Under the pieces are notes generated by a model. That model ran no database searches, was not told the DNA's origin, and saw only the letters and a list, made by a program, of their open reading frames with translations. Of a stretch of DNA of 64,000 nucleotides, positions 37,357 through 46,975 are shown piece by piece. Position 1 is the stretch's first letter. Each line of letters begins with the position of its first letter. The stretch comes from an uncultured SAR86 cluster bacterium (GTDB lineage: Bacteria > Pseudomonadota > Gammaproteobacteria > Magnimaribacterales > D2472), in the NCBI GenBank assembly GCA_902591925.1, contig CACJCN010000006.1, positions 9,919 to 73,918 on the forward strand, written 5' to 3'. The position numbers and the translations under genes were made by a program.

Positions 37357-38359
37357 GATCTTTCCAAGATATTAGGGTATTTTCTTTGATTAAATTTAAG
37401 GCTTTTTTTCCAATAACTTTTTTATATTGATTGCTAGGGATGCCAAGACCAGGTCTTTTGGTTTGAATATCATTTGATGAAATTATTTCACCGGGATTTA
37501 TATTTCTTTTAGCGACTATACTTCTATATGCCCAGGTTCTAATATCTACTTCCTTGTCCTGTATTTTTTTTTCAAACCCGGATGTTTTATCAATATATTG
37601 AACTGCACTGATTAATTTTTTAAATTCATCGGATTCAATTGATACAGACTGATCTGGTCCAGGTACAAAGCTAGAAATAGTGATATGTTTTTCAAGGATT
37701 CTAGCGCCCAAGAAAGCAGATACAATTGTGGTATAAATCTCTGGGGAATGATCTGAGTGGCCGATTATTATATTTGGAAATTCTTCAATCATTTTCTCAA
37801 TCAAATTCAAATTCATATCGGCATATTTAGGAGGATACTCACTTAGACAATTCATCAATGCAAAATCCAAATTAGTTTTTTTAATATACTCAACATTTGA
37901 TTTAAGTTCGTCCCATGAACACATTCCAGTCGAAAATAAAACAGGCTTACCAATAGTTTTTAAATTATCAATAAACCAATGGTCTTGGAATTCTCCAGAT
38001 CCAATCTTAAAAAAAGGAACCAATGACTGAATTTCTTCAGCAGCTTTGAAAGAAAAAGGTGTACACAAATATGTTATTTTTTTTGAATCACAATATTCCT
38101 TTAATTTATAGTGCTGTTCAAGACTTAGAGAGTTTCTCTGAAGAAAATCAAATAATGGTTCCTCAAAATTATCTGACATTGGAGATTCTTCAAGCATTTC
38201 TTCATAAGCTAAATGATGTTGGAATTTCACCGCATCTGCTCCTGCATCAATTGCAGCATCTACAAGCGCAATAGCCATATCAAAACTGCCCATATGATTG
38301 TCACATGCCTCTGCAATGACATAAATTTTGTTTTTTGTTAATGTATTAAAAAATGACAT
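37343..38359 (-). CDS. neuB: Nonulosonate (N-acetylneuraminate-like) synthase with C-terminal SAF domain
   Basis: GADAVKFQ, KIGSGE, STGM, GHSDH, LEKHIT, GPDQ..S, KRPG.GI. Confidence 0.9.
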   Translation of the reverse strand: MSFFNTLTKNKIYVIAEACDNHMGSFDMAIALVDAAIDAGADAVKFQHHLAYEEMLEESPMSDNFEEPLFDFLQRNSLSLEQHYKLKEYCDSKKITYLCTPFSFKAAEEIQSLVPFFKIGSGEFQDHWFIDNLKTIGKPVLFSTGMCSWDELKSNVEYIKKTNLDFALMNCLSEYPPKYADMNLNLIEKMIEEFPNIIIGHSDHSPEIYTTIVSAFLGARILEKHITISSFVPGPDQSVSIESDEFKKLISAVQYIDKTSGFEKKIQDKEVDIRTWAYRSIVAKRNINPGEIISSNDIQTKRPGLGIPSNQYKKVIGKKALNLIKENTLISWKDLDEE

Positions 38360-38385
38360 ATTTTAAATATTTAGGCCATTATACC

Positions 38386-39057
38386 TTACCGAGAAGATAA
38401 AATTGCTTCTGCAATCCTAAAGTCATCTTCATCATTTATATCCATTGCACTAATCTTATCAACAACATAAGGGTAGATTTTCTTGCCTAATACACGTTTA
38501 TTGGAAATTAGATTTTCATATTTGGTAACATAAACATTTCCTGTTTCAAAATACATTTTTTCACGATCTTGTCTTCTTCTGGGTTGATTTTTTATAGTGT
38601 GTTGAAATTTATTATCAACAATATTTCCAAAACAAGAGTCTGTTTCACAAATGCACATTACTGAGTCATATTCATTTTTATTAAGTAATATATCGATACA
38701 ATCATCTATTGTTGATGTCTTTCTCAAGGGAGATGTTGGTTCAAGCGTTACAACTATTTTTGGAACTTGATTTCCCTTTTTTACTAATGTTTCACATACA
38801 TGTATTAATGAAAGTTCTGTTGGTGATTTATCATCAGATATCGAACTAGGTCTTTTTATAACTATTAATTTTTCATATTTTTTACATATATTAATTATGT
38901 CATCATGATCTGTACTAACTATTAATTTATCAATTTTTTTTGATTTAAGTCCAGATTCTATTGTGTATTCAATTAATGGCTTACCGTTAAGCAACTTGAT
39001 ATTCTTAAGTGGTATAGATTTTGATCCGCCCCTTGCAGGAATAATTCCGTATATCAT
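38386..39057 (-). CDS. neuA: CMP-nonulosonate (acylneuraminate) cytidylyltransferase
   Basis: IPARGGSKSIPLKN, VSTD, EPTSPLR, DINDEDDF. Confidence 0.9.
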   Translation of the reverse strand: MIYGIIPARGGSKSIPLKNIKLLNGKPLIEYTIESGLKSKKIDKLIVSTDHDDIINICKKYEKLIVIKRPSSISDDKSPTELSLIHVCETLVKKGNQVPKIVVTLEPTSPLRKTSTIDDCIDILLNKNEYDSVMCICETDSCFGNIVDNKFQHTIKNQPRRRQDREKMYFETGNVYVTKYENLISNKRVLGKKIYPYVVDKISAMDINDEDDFRIAEAILSSR

Positions 39058-39058
39058 A

Positions 39059-40231
39059 TTAATCTCTTTTAAAAATATCTCTCGTGTAAATTATAGATTT
39101 ATCAAAATTTACCAAATCATCTGAAAATCTATTCGCAATTATTAGATCTGATTCAATAAAAAGCTCATTTAAACTATTTATAATCTTTAATGGTAAGTCT
39201 AGTTCATTGTTGTAGTTGGGTTCGTAAAGCAAGAACTCTATTTGAGAATCTTGAATGCTATTTAAAATGTCTATAATTGCAGAAGATCTAAAGTTATCTG
39301 ATCCAGATTTCATAGTCAATCCAAAAATCCCAAGCCTTTTTGGAGATTTTTTAAGAATTTGGCTCTTAATAAAATCTTTTCTAACAGAATTTGAATCAAC
39401 TATTGCAGAAATTAATTTCTGAGGAATATTCTCAAAATTTGACAATAGCTGTTTTGTATCTTTTGGCAAACAATAACCGCCATATCCAAAAGAAGGATTA
39501 TTATAATAATCTCCAATTCTTGGATCTAAGCTAATACCTGTAATAATATCTTTTGAACTTAAATCATTTATCTCTGCATATGTATCCAATTCATTAAAGT
39601 AAGAAATTCTCATAGCCAGGAAAGTATTTGCAAATAATTTTATAGCTTCTGCTTCGGTAGATTCAGTTAATAAAATTTCAATATTTTTCTTCAGAGCTGC
39701 TTTTGACATTAACTCTGAAAATTCTTTACCAACCTTATGCATATCTCCTACAATTATTCTTGAAGGATATAAATTATCGTATAGGGCTTTACCTTCTCTT
39801 AAAAATTCAGGTGAAAAATAAATATTCTCATAATTAAATTTTTCTCTTGCTTTTTTTGTGAAGCCAACAGGAATTGTAGACTTTATTATGATTTTGGCAT
39901 TGGGGTTAAATTTAATAATGTCATCTATAACCATCTCAACTGAACTAGTGTCAAAATAATTAGTATCTGGATTATAATTAGTTGGTGTAGCGATTATAAC
40001 GAATTCCGCATCGACATATGCCTGTTTTTTAGAGGAAGATGCAATAAGATTTAATTTTTTATTTTTAAAATATTCATTAATTTCATCATCAGCAATAGGT
40101 GAAATTCTTTTATTAATCATATCAATTTTTTCTTTGTTGATATCGAATAGGTGAACATTGTTACTTTGTGATAGAAGAATGGCGTTAGATAAACCTACGT
40201 AACCACTTCCAATAATAGATATTTTCTTCAT
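39059..40231 (-). CDS. ugd: UDP-glucose 6-dehydrogenase
   Basis: GSGYVG, IATPT, SPEFLREG, SFGYGGYCLPKD. Confidence 0.93.
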   Translation of the reverse strand: MKKISIIGSGYVGLSNAILLSQSNNVHLFDINKEKIDMINKRISPIADDEINEYFKNKKLNLIASSSKKQAYVDAEFVIIATPTNYNPDTNYFDTSSVEMVIDDIIKFNPNAKIIIKSTIPVGFTKKAREKFNYENIYFSPEFLREGKALYDNLYPSRIIVGDMHKVGKEFSELMSKAALKKNIEILLTESTEAEAIKLFANTFLAMRISYFNELDTYAEINDLSSKDIITGISLDPRIGDYYNNPSFGYGGYCLPKDTKQLLSNFENIPQKLISAIVDSNSVRKDFIKSQILKKSPKRLGIFGLTMKSGSDNFRSSAIIDILNSIQDSQIEFLLYEPNYNNELDLPLKIINSLNELFIESDLIIANRFSDDLVNFDKSIIYTRDIFKRD

Positions 40232-40246
40232 ATAAAAATTATGCCT

Positions 40247-41290
40247 TTACTCTCTTTGATATTTATAAGCATTCCATGCATCTAAAATCATTGACTTAAT
40301 ATCTCTTTTTGCTTCCCATTGAAGAAAATTTTTTGCATATTCAACATTGGCAAAAGATGACCCTATATCTCCAGATCTCCTATCTACAATTTTATATGGT
40401 ATTTCTATTCCGGTATATTTTATAAAGTTTTTTATTAATTCAAGAACTGTATAGCCCTCGCCAGTACCTAAATTAATTGCTTTACAAAAGTTTTCTTTAT
40501 CAGCTGTTAGGAATAAATTATTTAATGCTGCAACATGACCATCAGCTAAGTCCATTACATGAATATAATCTCTAACTCCAGTGCCATCTTTAGTCTCATA
40601 GTCATCACCAAATATAGATAACTTATTCATTTCTCCAGATGCAACTCTAAGAATGAGTGGCATAATATTAGAGGGTACATTTGGTACTTTTTCAGAGATT
40701 AGTCCAGATTCATGTGCGCCAATTGGGTTAAAGTACCTTAACATTATAATTTGCCAGTTTTTACTTGAACTTTCATTATTGCTATTAGATAAACTGGTTA
40801 AAATATTTTCTATAATTAACTTTGAATATGCATAAGGACTTAGAGGTAATAGTTCTGAGTCTTCTTTTAAAGGAACACTTTCGTTATTACCATATACACT
40901 TGCCGAAGATGAAAAAATAAATTTACTGACACCGTATCTGTTACACATATCGAGAACATTAATTGTTCCTTGAATATTATTTCTAAAATATAGCAAAGGA
41001 TAATTAACCGAGTCTCCTACAGATTTAAAACCAGCAAAATGAATAACAGAAGAGAAATCATTATCTTTAAAAACTTTCTCTAGTTCATTAAAATTCAATA
41101 GATTCAATTTGTAAAATTTAATTTCTCTGGAAGTAATTTTTTCAACAGCATGAATTGTCTTTATAGAACTGTTAGATAGGTTGTCAATGATGATCGGATT
41201 ATAGTCATTGTTGATTAAGGATATTAGAGAATGACTGCCTATGAATCCTGCCCCTCCTGTAACCAAAACATGAGAATTGTTTGTGCTCAT
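40247..41290 (-). CDS. galE: UDP-glucose 4-epimerase
   Basis: GGAGFIGSH, HFAGFKSVG, LRYFNPIGAH, DGTGVRDYIHV.DLA. Confidence 0.93.
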   Translation of the reverse strand: MSTNNSHVLVTGGAGFIGSHSLISLINNDYNPIIIDNLSNSSIKTIHAVEKITSREIKFYKLNLLNFNELEKVFKDNDFSSVIHFAGFKSVGDSVNYPLLYFRNNIQGTINVLDMCNRYGVSKFIFSSSASVYGNNESVPLKEDSELLPLSPYAYSKLIIENILTSLSNSNNESSSKNWQIIMLRYFNPIGAHESGLISEKVPNVPSNIMPLILRVASGEMNKLSIFGDDYETKDGTGVRDYIHVMDLADGHVAALNNLFLTADKENFCKAINLGTGEGYTVLELIKNFIKYTGIEIPYKIVDRRSGDIGSSFANVEYAKNFLQWEAKRDIKSMILDAWNAYKYQRE

Positions 41291-41305
41291 TTCTATATTT
41301 GTTTA

Positions 41306-42217
41306 TTAACCTTCAGTTTGTCTTCTTCGATCAATAAAATAAGCAGTCAACATAGAAATCAAGAAGCTCAAAATCGTTCCAATTATGCAAATTATTGATC
41401 TTTGAGGTTTAGATTTTTTTTCAGGTATATATGGCTTATCAATAATTGTTACCGCGTAATCATCTTTTATATTTGTAACCATCTTTGTATTTAATTGGGA
41501 CTCTGTCAATTGAATTAAAGCCTCCTTGAGGGAATTAATTTTTTCATTAACTATTTCTTCTCTTAAATAATTAAGAGCCATATCAGCTTCAGCATATGCT
41601 TTCTCTTTTAAACTTTTGTTTAGTTCTGTAATTATTATTTCTAGAAAATTTTTAGCAAATACGGGAGATTTGTGTTCGACATAAATAGTTATATAGTCAG
41701 TAATTTCGTTATGCTCAACTCTAAAAGTCTCCATATATGTCTCGTAGGCTTCTAATACTGAAGGCTTTGGTTTGAAGGGATAATTTACATCCCTAATCCA
41801 TAATTTTTTTTCCTTATTGTACTGTTTTATATCATGGATTATCTCACCTTTTGTATGATCAAAGTAATCTGTTGCCAACAAATCAGCTAGAACGTCATAG
41901 TTTAAAATAATTCTTCCAAGAAAGTCTCTTGATCTTAATGTTTCAATTATTAATTGAGTTTCGCTACTTGCACCAGACGGGATCCTGATTCCAGTTAGAG
42001 ATGCTAGTCCACCAAATTGAGATAGAGTAGATGAAGATGATTGTGATTCAGTTGGTTTCAATAACGCTGAAGATTGATAATAATTTGACAAAGTCAGAGC
42101 ATATAATACCGATAAGATTGCTCCAAAAAAAGTTATCGTGGAAATTATAAATTTATATTTTAATAAAAAATCTACGAGATCTTTAAGGTTAATCTCGCCT
42201 TGAGTGTATTCTTCCAT
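41306..42217 (-). CDS. wzz: Polysaccharide co-polymerase / chain-length determinant (no kinase domain)
   Basis: EINLKDL N-terminus, two TM segments, IIDKPYIPEKKSKP before TM2. Confidence 0.85.
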   Translation of the reverse strand: MEEYTQGEINLKDLVDFLLKYKFIISTITFFGAILSVLYALTLSNYYQSSALLKPTESQSSSSTLSQFGGLASLTGIRIPSGASSETQLIIETLRSRDFLGRIILNYDVLADLLATDYFDHTKGEIIHDIKQYNKEKKLWIRDVNYPFKPKPSVLEAYETYMETFRVEHNEITDYITIYVEHKSPVFAKNFLEIIITELNKSLKEKAYAEADMALNYLREEIVNEKINSLKEALIQLTESQLNTKMVTNIKDDYAVTIIDKPYIPEKKSKPQRSIICIIGTILSFLISMLTAYFIDRRRQTEG

Positions 42218-42257
42218 TTCTAAAACCCTATTATTATTTTATACAAAATATATAAAA

Positions 42258-42344
42258 TGGTACCCGGAGCCGGACTTGAACCGGCACGCCATTGCTGGCG
42301 AGGGATTTTAAGTCCCTTGTGTCTACCAATTCCACCACCCGGGC
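42258..42344 (-). tRNA. tRNA-Leu(TAA)
   Basis: 87 nt, GCCCGGG...CCGGGT-ACCA; anticodon arm AGGGA-CT TAA AA-TCCCT; long variable arm. Confidence 0.95.
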
Positions 42345-42602
42345 ATACATAATTGTGGATTATATTACATAATTAGGAATAACATTATAATTTTCTGTAT
42401 AGGTATTGTTTTAAACTTCACTTTTAGTTTTAAATTATCCCTTAAAATACAACCAAAGAGATGTCAACAATCGAATCTTTGGAGCAATTGTCGTTGTTTA
42501 TGAATATTTTTAAAGGCAAGTAAGAAAATAAGGAGTTCTAACTGCATAACTCAAAGCTCCAGATTGCATAATTTGAATTTTAAAAATTTTTTTTAAATAC
42601 TC

Positions 42603-42676
42603 TGGAGGCTGAGGCCGGAATCGAACCGGCGTAAACGGCTTTGCAGGCCGCTGCATGACCACTCTGCCACCCAGCC
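42603..42676 (-). tRNA. tRNA-Cys(GCA)
   Basis: 74 nt, GGCTGGG...CTCAGCC-TCCA; anticodon arm GCGGC-CT GCA AA-GCCGT. Confidence 0.95.
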
Positions 42677-42763
42677 TAAATTTTTGTTTATTATATATCA
42701 GGGGCACGAATAAGATGCATGGGTATCTAAAAAAGGACGCAAAAAATCTGTGTATCTTAAATT

Positions 42764-43699
42764 TTAAACTGGTTTTTGTGGAAAATCATTAGTATCAAAT
42801 CTAGGGAGTTCTAAATTATTATGTTGAGTAAGATTTGCTATCTCAGGCTTAACAGTAAGTCCCACAGAACAATTTTTTTTATTTAATAAATCGAGTGTAT
42901 TTTTATTATATCCTCCATAAGGATAGCACATTATCCAATCAGAGAGTTTCACCCCAATATCCTCAAGAAATTCAAGAGATTCGTCAATATCTAGTTCTTG
43001 ATTTTTTTTGTTAAGTTTATCTAACCAATAATGCATAGAGCCATGTGAACCAATAAACATATTATTTTCAATCAGTTCATTTAATTCATCCTTTGTCATA
43101 TATAATTTTTTAGAAAACTCTTGAGGAGATTGCTTAACATGCTTCAAAAATAATTTATTAATAACATTTTTCCTTACTGAAGCAGGTAAAGCATGTTGAA
43201 GCATATTTTTGAAGAATCTTACGTCAGCAGAGTCAAATCTACTTGAAATATAAAAATTTTTTTTAAGATTAATAAATTGTTTTTTTGAAATGCCTCTGTC
43301 ATAGCACTCATTTTCAAGATCTTCATTAAGAGATTTGATGTCATTTTGACAAGCAAGAATAAAATGTATGCAATTGACATCAAGCATCTCATTATTTTTT
43401 ATAGCATGCGCAGGCGGAAAAAATGATCCTTGAATACCTCTTTTTTTGAGTTCGGGAAATACATAATCATAATGATCTTTATATCCGTCATCAAATGTAA
43501 GCCAGCAAGAATTTTCTGATAATTTTTTTTGGTTTTTAATTGAATAAATTACTTCTTCAGCAGTTACAAAGTTATAGTTTTCAGATAAGAAATCCAATTG
43601 AAAACTGAAGTCAGCAAACTCAAGCCCCTTTATGTTTGGATACTTCGATTGCATAATCGGCCTAACATAGTGATACATTATGATAGTAAGATTATTCAT
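42764..43699 (-). CDS. Polysaccharide deacetylase (CE4/NodB family)
   Basis: IMYHYVR, LTFDDGY.DH, GSHGSMH, CYPYG, LPRFDTND. Confidence 0.85.
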   Translation of the reverse strand: MNNLTIIMYHYVRPIMQSKYPNIKGLEFADFSFQLDFLSENYNFVTAEEVIYSIKNQKKLSENSCWLTFDDGYKDHYDYVFPELKKRGIQGSFFPPAHAIKNNEMLDVNCIHFILACQNDIKSLNEDLENECYDRGISKKQFINLKKNFYISSRFDSADVRFFKNMLQHALPASVRKNVINKLFLKHVKQSPQEFSKKLYMTKDELNELIENNMFIGSHGSMHYWLDKLNKKNQELDIDESLEFLEDIGVKLSDWIMCYPYGGYNKNTLDLLNKKNCSVGLTVKPEIANLTQHNNLELPRFDTNDFPQKPV

Positions 43700-44651
43700 T
43701 CAATTTATTTGGTCTTTCTTGATCACAATCACCTGTAATTATGTTTAGGCCATATGAGACTTCAGTTAATTTCTTGTAACAAAAGTTTTTTACTTTATAT
43801 TTATTGATAAGTGGTTCAAAATATAAAGGTAGAAAATTTTGGTTATCACAAATCTCAAAAATTCCTTTCTCAATTTCTGAAATATCTGATAATAGAATAT
43901 CTATATAGTTGACCTCTCTTTCAAAGAGTTCATTGGAAACATTTCTAGCAAAAATTGAAATTCCATTAAAATCACCAGCAAAATCTACAATCCTAAAAAT
44001 GCTATTATTATTTGATTCATCAAATAATAGTCTTCCAACTATGAGAGATATTTCTTTACCTTCTTTTTCTATAGAAAAGCAAATATAGTCATAAAAACTA
44101 GTACTAAGATATTTATTCTTAATATATTTAGCTTTTTTTAATTCTTCAAAAATCTCGTTATTATTTATCCTACTGATTTTATATTCAATGGTCTTATTTT
44201 TTTGTTGAATTAATTTTTCTACCGGCTTTAATAACTGATACATCTTGCCAGTAATGTATCCCATCCTTTCATAAATAGGTATGACATCTGAACCGACACC
44301 CATACTTGCAATATAATCGGTATCTATATTACTTTCTAAATAATTAATTAATTTAATACCGCAAGGCTCACTAAGATTCTTTTTACTCATCCACATTGAT
44401 AGCCATGCAACATCTTGAACAATTTTGGGATCAAACTGAGTATTTGTAATATATCCTAAAATACCAACAATATTTTTATCTTTGTCTTTTGCAAGAAAAA
44501 ATTGGAGTTCATTTCCTCTTAGGAAGTAATGTTCAAAAACTCTATTATTCTTGCAGAGAATATGATCCTTAGACCAATTTTCTTTTATAAAAAGTTGTAT
44601 ATTTTTATAGTCCTTTATTGATGCAATTGAATAATCAAACATTTTCTTCAA
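43692..44651 (-). CDS. GNAT-fold acyltransferase-like protein
   Basis: IVGILGY, WLSMW, G..LINYL, IPIYERMGY resemble GNAT motifs; second half of unclear fold. Confidence 0.5.
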   Translation of the reverse strand: MKKMFDYSIASIKDYKNIQLFIKENWSKDHILCKNNRVFEHYFLRGNELQFFLAKDKDKNIVGILGYITNTQFDPKIVQDVAWLSMWMSKKNLSEPCGIKLINYLESNIDTDYIASMGVGSDVIPIYERMGYITGKMYQLLKPVEKLIQQKNKTIEYKISRINNNEIFEELKKAKYIKNKYLSTSFYDYICFSIEKEGKEISLIVGRLLFDESNNNSIFRIVDFAGDFNGISIFARNVSNELFEREVNYIDILLSDISEIEKGIFEICDNQNFLPLYFEPLINKYKVKNFCYKKLTEVSYGLNIITGDCDQERPNKLNE

Positions 44652-45036
44652 TTAACTCAACAATAAATCCTAATGGAGATAATAGAAAGATAACTCTTTG
44701 TCCATTAAAGGCAATAGCATTAAAAAATTTTGTTAAAAAACCATAGCCTCTTTCTCTAAATAAAATACATTGATCCTCTATCTTGTTGCACTTATAGGCA
44801 AAATGATGAATATTTGATCCCTGATTATCTAGGACCGATGCAATTGGACTTCCTGATGAGAGTGGCTGTATTAGTTCAATATTTGAAGAGTTTTTGTATT
44901 TAAGAAATTGAACCTTTACATTGATTTCGATGTCTTCAAACACTTGAGAAGATATAAAGCCAGGAAAATCTCTTTCAAAAACATCTTTAGCTTTTTCTAT
45001 GTTGTCTACGACAACTCCAATGTGATGAAATCTCAT
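44635..45036 (-). CDS. VOC-family protein, methylmalonyl-CoA epimerase-like
   Basis: FHHIGVVV, IELIQP, IHHFAY, VELIE metal-ligand pattern. Confidence 0.85.
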   Translation of the reverse strand: MRFHHIGVVVDNIEKAKDVFERDFPGFISSQVFEDIEINVKVQFLKYKNSSNIELIQPLSSGSPIASVLDNQGSNIHHFAYKCNKIEDQCILFRERGYGFLTKFFNAIAFNGQRVIFLLSPLGFIVELIEENV

Positions 45037-45263
45037 TTGTTAGAAGTTAGGCTACTTATCTTAAGTTTAATAGCTTTAATTGATAACAATTCAGACATAT
45101 CATCAAAACTGAATCTAATTCCAAGATTTTTTTCTAAAGCCATAAGAAACAACATATTAGAGAGTGAATCCCATTTACTTATGTCCCCTATTTCTAAGTC
45201 TTCAAAGTTCTCTGGTATAGAGTCAATCTGCATTACTTCACAAAATATATCTTCAATTTTCAT
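45033..45263 (-). CDS. Acyl carrier protein
   Basis: 76 aa, acidic, WDSL phosphopantetheine attachment motif. Confidence 0.88.
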   Translation of the reverse strand: MKIEDIFCEVMQIDSIPENFEDLEIGDISKWDSLSNMLFLMALEKNLGIRFSFDDMSELLSIKAIKLKISSLTSNK

Positions 45264-45268
45264 CTGTA

Positions 45269-46885
45269 TTAATTATATAGACTATCTATATTAACAACAG
45301 ATTTAGAAGAGGGATACTTCACCATAATTTCACCATTTTTAGAAGTTTTCATTTCAAGATCTTTGCAAAGATCTAATAGAAATTCTTTTACTAATTTATT
45401 CCTTTCTGTTTCAAGATATTGTATTTGCAAATATGGAATGTCGTTTTCTTTGACGATATTTAAAACGGATTGCATCATCCATAACTCAATATCTCTTCCA
45501 AGAATCCTGCAACTCAGTAAGAATGTATCTAAAAAAGCTGTTTTTTTTGCAAGATCAAGTTTCAAAATAAACATCCCTATTTGACCGTGATCTCCAAAAT
45601 CATCTTTTACAGACAAAATAAATGATTTAAAGTTTCTATTTGCTTGAATTTTGCTTAAATCATTTTCTGAATATCTAATAGTTCTCATGTTAAATTGATT
45701 AGTTTTTTGTGACATTTGAGAAGCTCTTAACAAACTTGATTCAGAAATTTCTGTTAAATTAGGTTTTAAGTTTATTTTTTTTAAAAAACTTTTTTTGTCA
45801 AAATTAATCTCTTTGGACGCTTTATTAAATTTTGCACGAGATTTATATTGTTCAGACTTATTGATATCTTCTTGAGTAACTTGAATTTTTGAAAAATCAA
45901 ATAAATTTTCTAAAATTTTAGGCCATTTTTCTACCTCAGGAGGAGCTTCAACAACCATAACATCCGGGAGTACTTTTTTAACTTTTTCTCTTTCAATTGG
46001 ATTATCATCCCAAAATACAAAACTATCCAGACCAAGGTTTAATTCACTTGCGATTTGAATTATATTCTCTGATTTTTCAATCCAATTTATCCTGCTGCAA
46101 ACAATATCATCTTTTTTTAAAATCATTTCATCGTGACCATCAAATACACTCCATACATCTTTTTCTTCATTCTTTGAAGAAATTGCCAATAAGACTCCAT
46201 TTTTTTTGATGTTTTTAATTATTGCTTGAAAATCTTTAAAGGCATGACCAATGCCGTCACCTCCAAGTCTAATACCTTTGATTTCATCTTCTCCAATAAC
46301 ACCACCCCACAGGGTATTATCACAATCTAAAACAAGAACTTTTTTACATGCTGAAATAGATCTTTCAATTACTTTAGAAATCATTTTATCTATTTCCGAG
46401 AAACCCAATAATGAAACTCGCATATGTGAGAAATACCAATTTCTAGAATCAAATATGTTTTCATGTCCTAGTTCAGCAAATCGTTTATCCATATCAATTA
46501 AAAATAAATTTGGATTATCTTTTGCCAAATCATAAATTTTATCTTTAAAACTTATATATTCATTCAAATCATAATCAGCATATCTTGCTGATGTAATTAA
46601 ATTTTTACAAAAGTTATAGCTTATTGATAGATATATTTTTTTATTTAATTTAAGAGAGTCTTTAAGAGAGTCAACAATAAGATCAGTAGAGTTTTTTGAT
46701 TCTTCAGAATATATGTCTTCAAAAAAAATAATAGATATTAAGGTATCATAATCTTCAACTTTGGAGAAAGCATTTATTAAATTACCATAGTCGGCAAAAT
46801 TGATTTTTGTGAAATGTTTAGAAGTATTTTTCCAATTTGAAATAGATTGAGGCAAATAGGAAGATGCTACTAGAAGGGTTTTCAT
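45269..46885 (-). CDS. FkbH-like HAD-IIIC phosphatase / glyceryl-ACP transferase
   Basis: LVLDCDNTLWGG, ISSKN, INW..KS.N, FWDDNPIER, QKTNQFN, DDFGDHG, FLLSCR.LGR.IE. Confidence 0.92.
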   Translation of the reverse strand: MKTLLVASSYLPQSISNWKNTSKHFTKINFADYGNLINAFSKVEDYDTLISIIFFEDIYSEESKNSTDLIVDSLKDSLKLNKKIYLSISYNFCKNLITSARYADYDLNEYISFKDKIYDLAKDNPNLFLIDMDKRFAELGHENIFDSRNWYFSHMRVSLLGFSEIDKMISKVIERSISACKKVLVLDCDNTLWGGVIGEDEIKGIRLGGDGIGHAFKDFQAIIKNIKKNGVLLAISSKNEEKDVWSVFDGHDEMILKKDDIVCSRINWIEKSENIIQIASELNLGLDSFVFWDDNPIEREKVKKVLPDVMVVEAPPEVEKWPKILENLFDFSKIQVTQEDINKSEQYKSRAKFNKASKEINFDKKSFLKKINLKPNLTEISESSLLRASQMSQKTNQFNMRTIRYSENDLSKIQANRNFKSFILSVKDDFGDHGQIGMFILKLDLAKKTAFLDTFLLSCRILGRDIELWMMQSVLNIVKENDIPYLQIQYLETERNKLVKEFLLDLCKDLEMKTSKNGEIMVKYPSSKSVVNIDSLYN

Positions 46886-46910
46886 ACTTATAAATAATTA
46901 TTAATCGATT

Positions 46911-46940
46911 TTAACATTAAAATTAAGCATCAGTTATAAT
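46911..46940 (+). promoter_or_regulatory. Putative sigma70 promoter for the TylF-like gene
   Basis: TTAACA (46911-46916), 18-nt spacer, TATAAT (46935-46940), 35 nt upstream of the ATG; weak evidence in AT-rich DNA. Confidence 0.35.
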
Positions 46941-46975
46941 ACATATGTAGTAATTTTTATGAGCTTAATTAAATA

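Noticed and set aside
42510-42707. 65-aa minus-strand ORF
   Set aside because: Reads straight through tRNA-Cys, so it is not credible as a full CDS.
42677-42763. Possible tRNA-Gly remnant or att repeat with an AGATGC-ATGG-GTATCT hairpin
   Set aside because: No tRNA-like sequence, no duplicated tRNA 3' end found at the other side, and the hairpin lacks a downstream U-tract on the coding strand.
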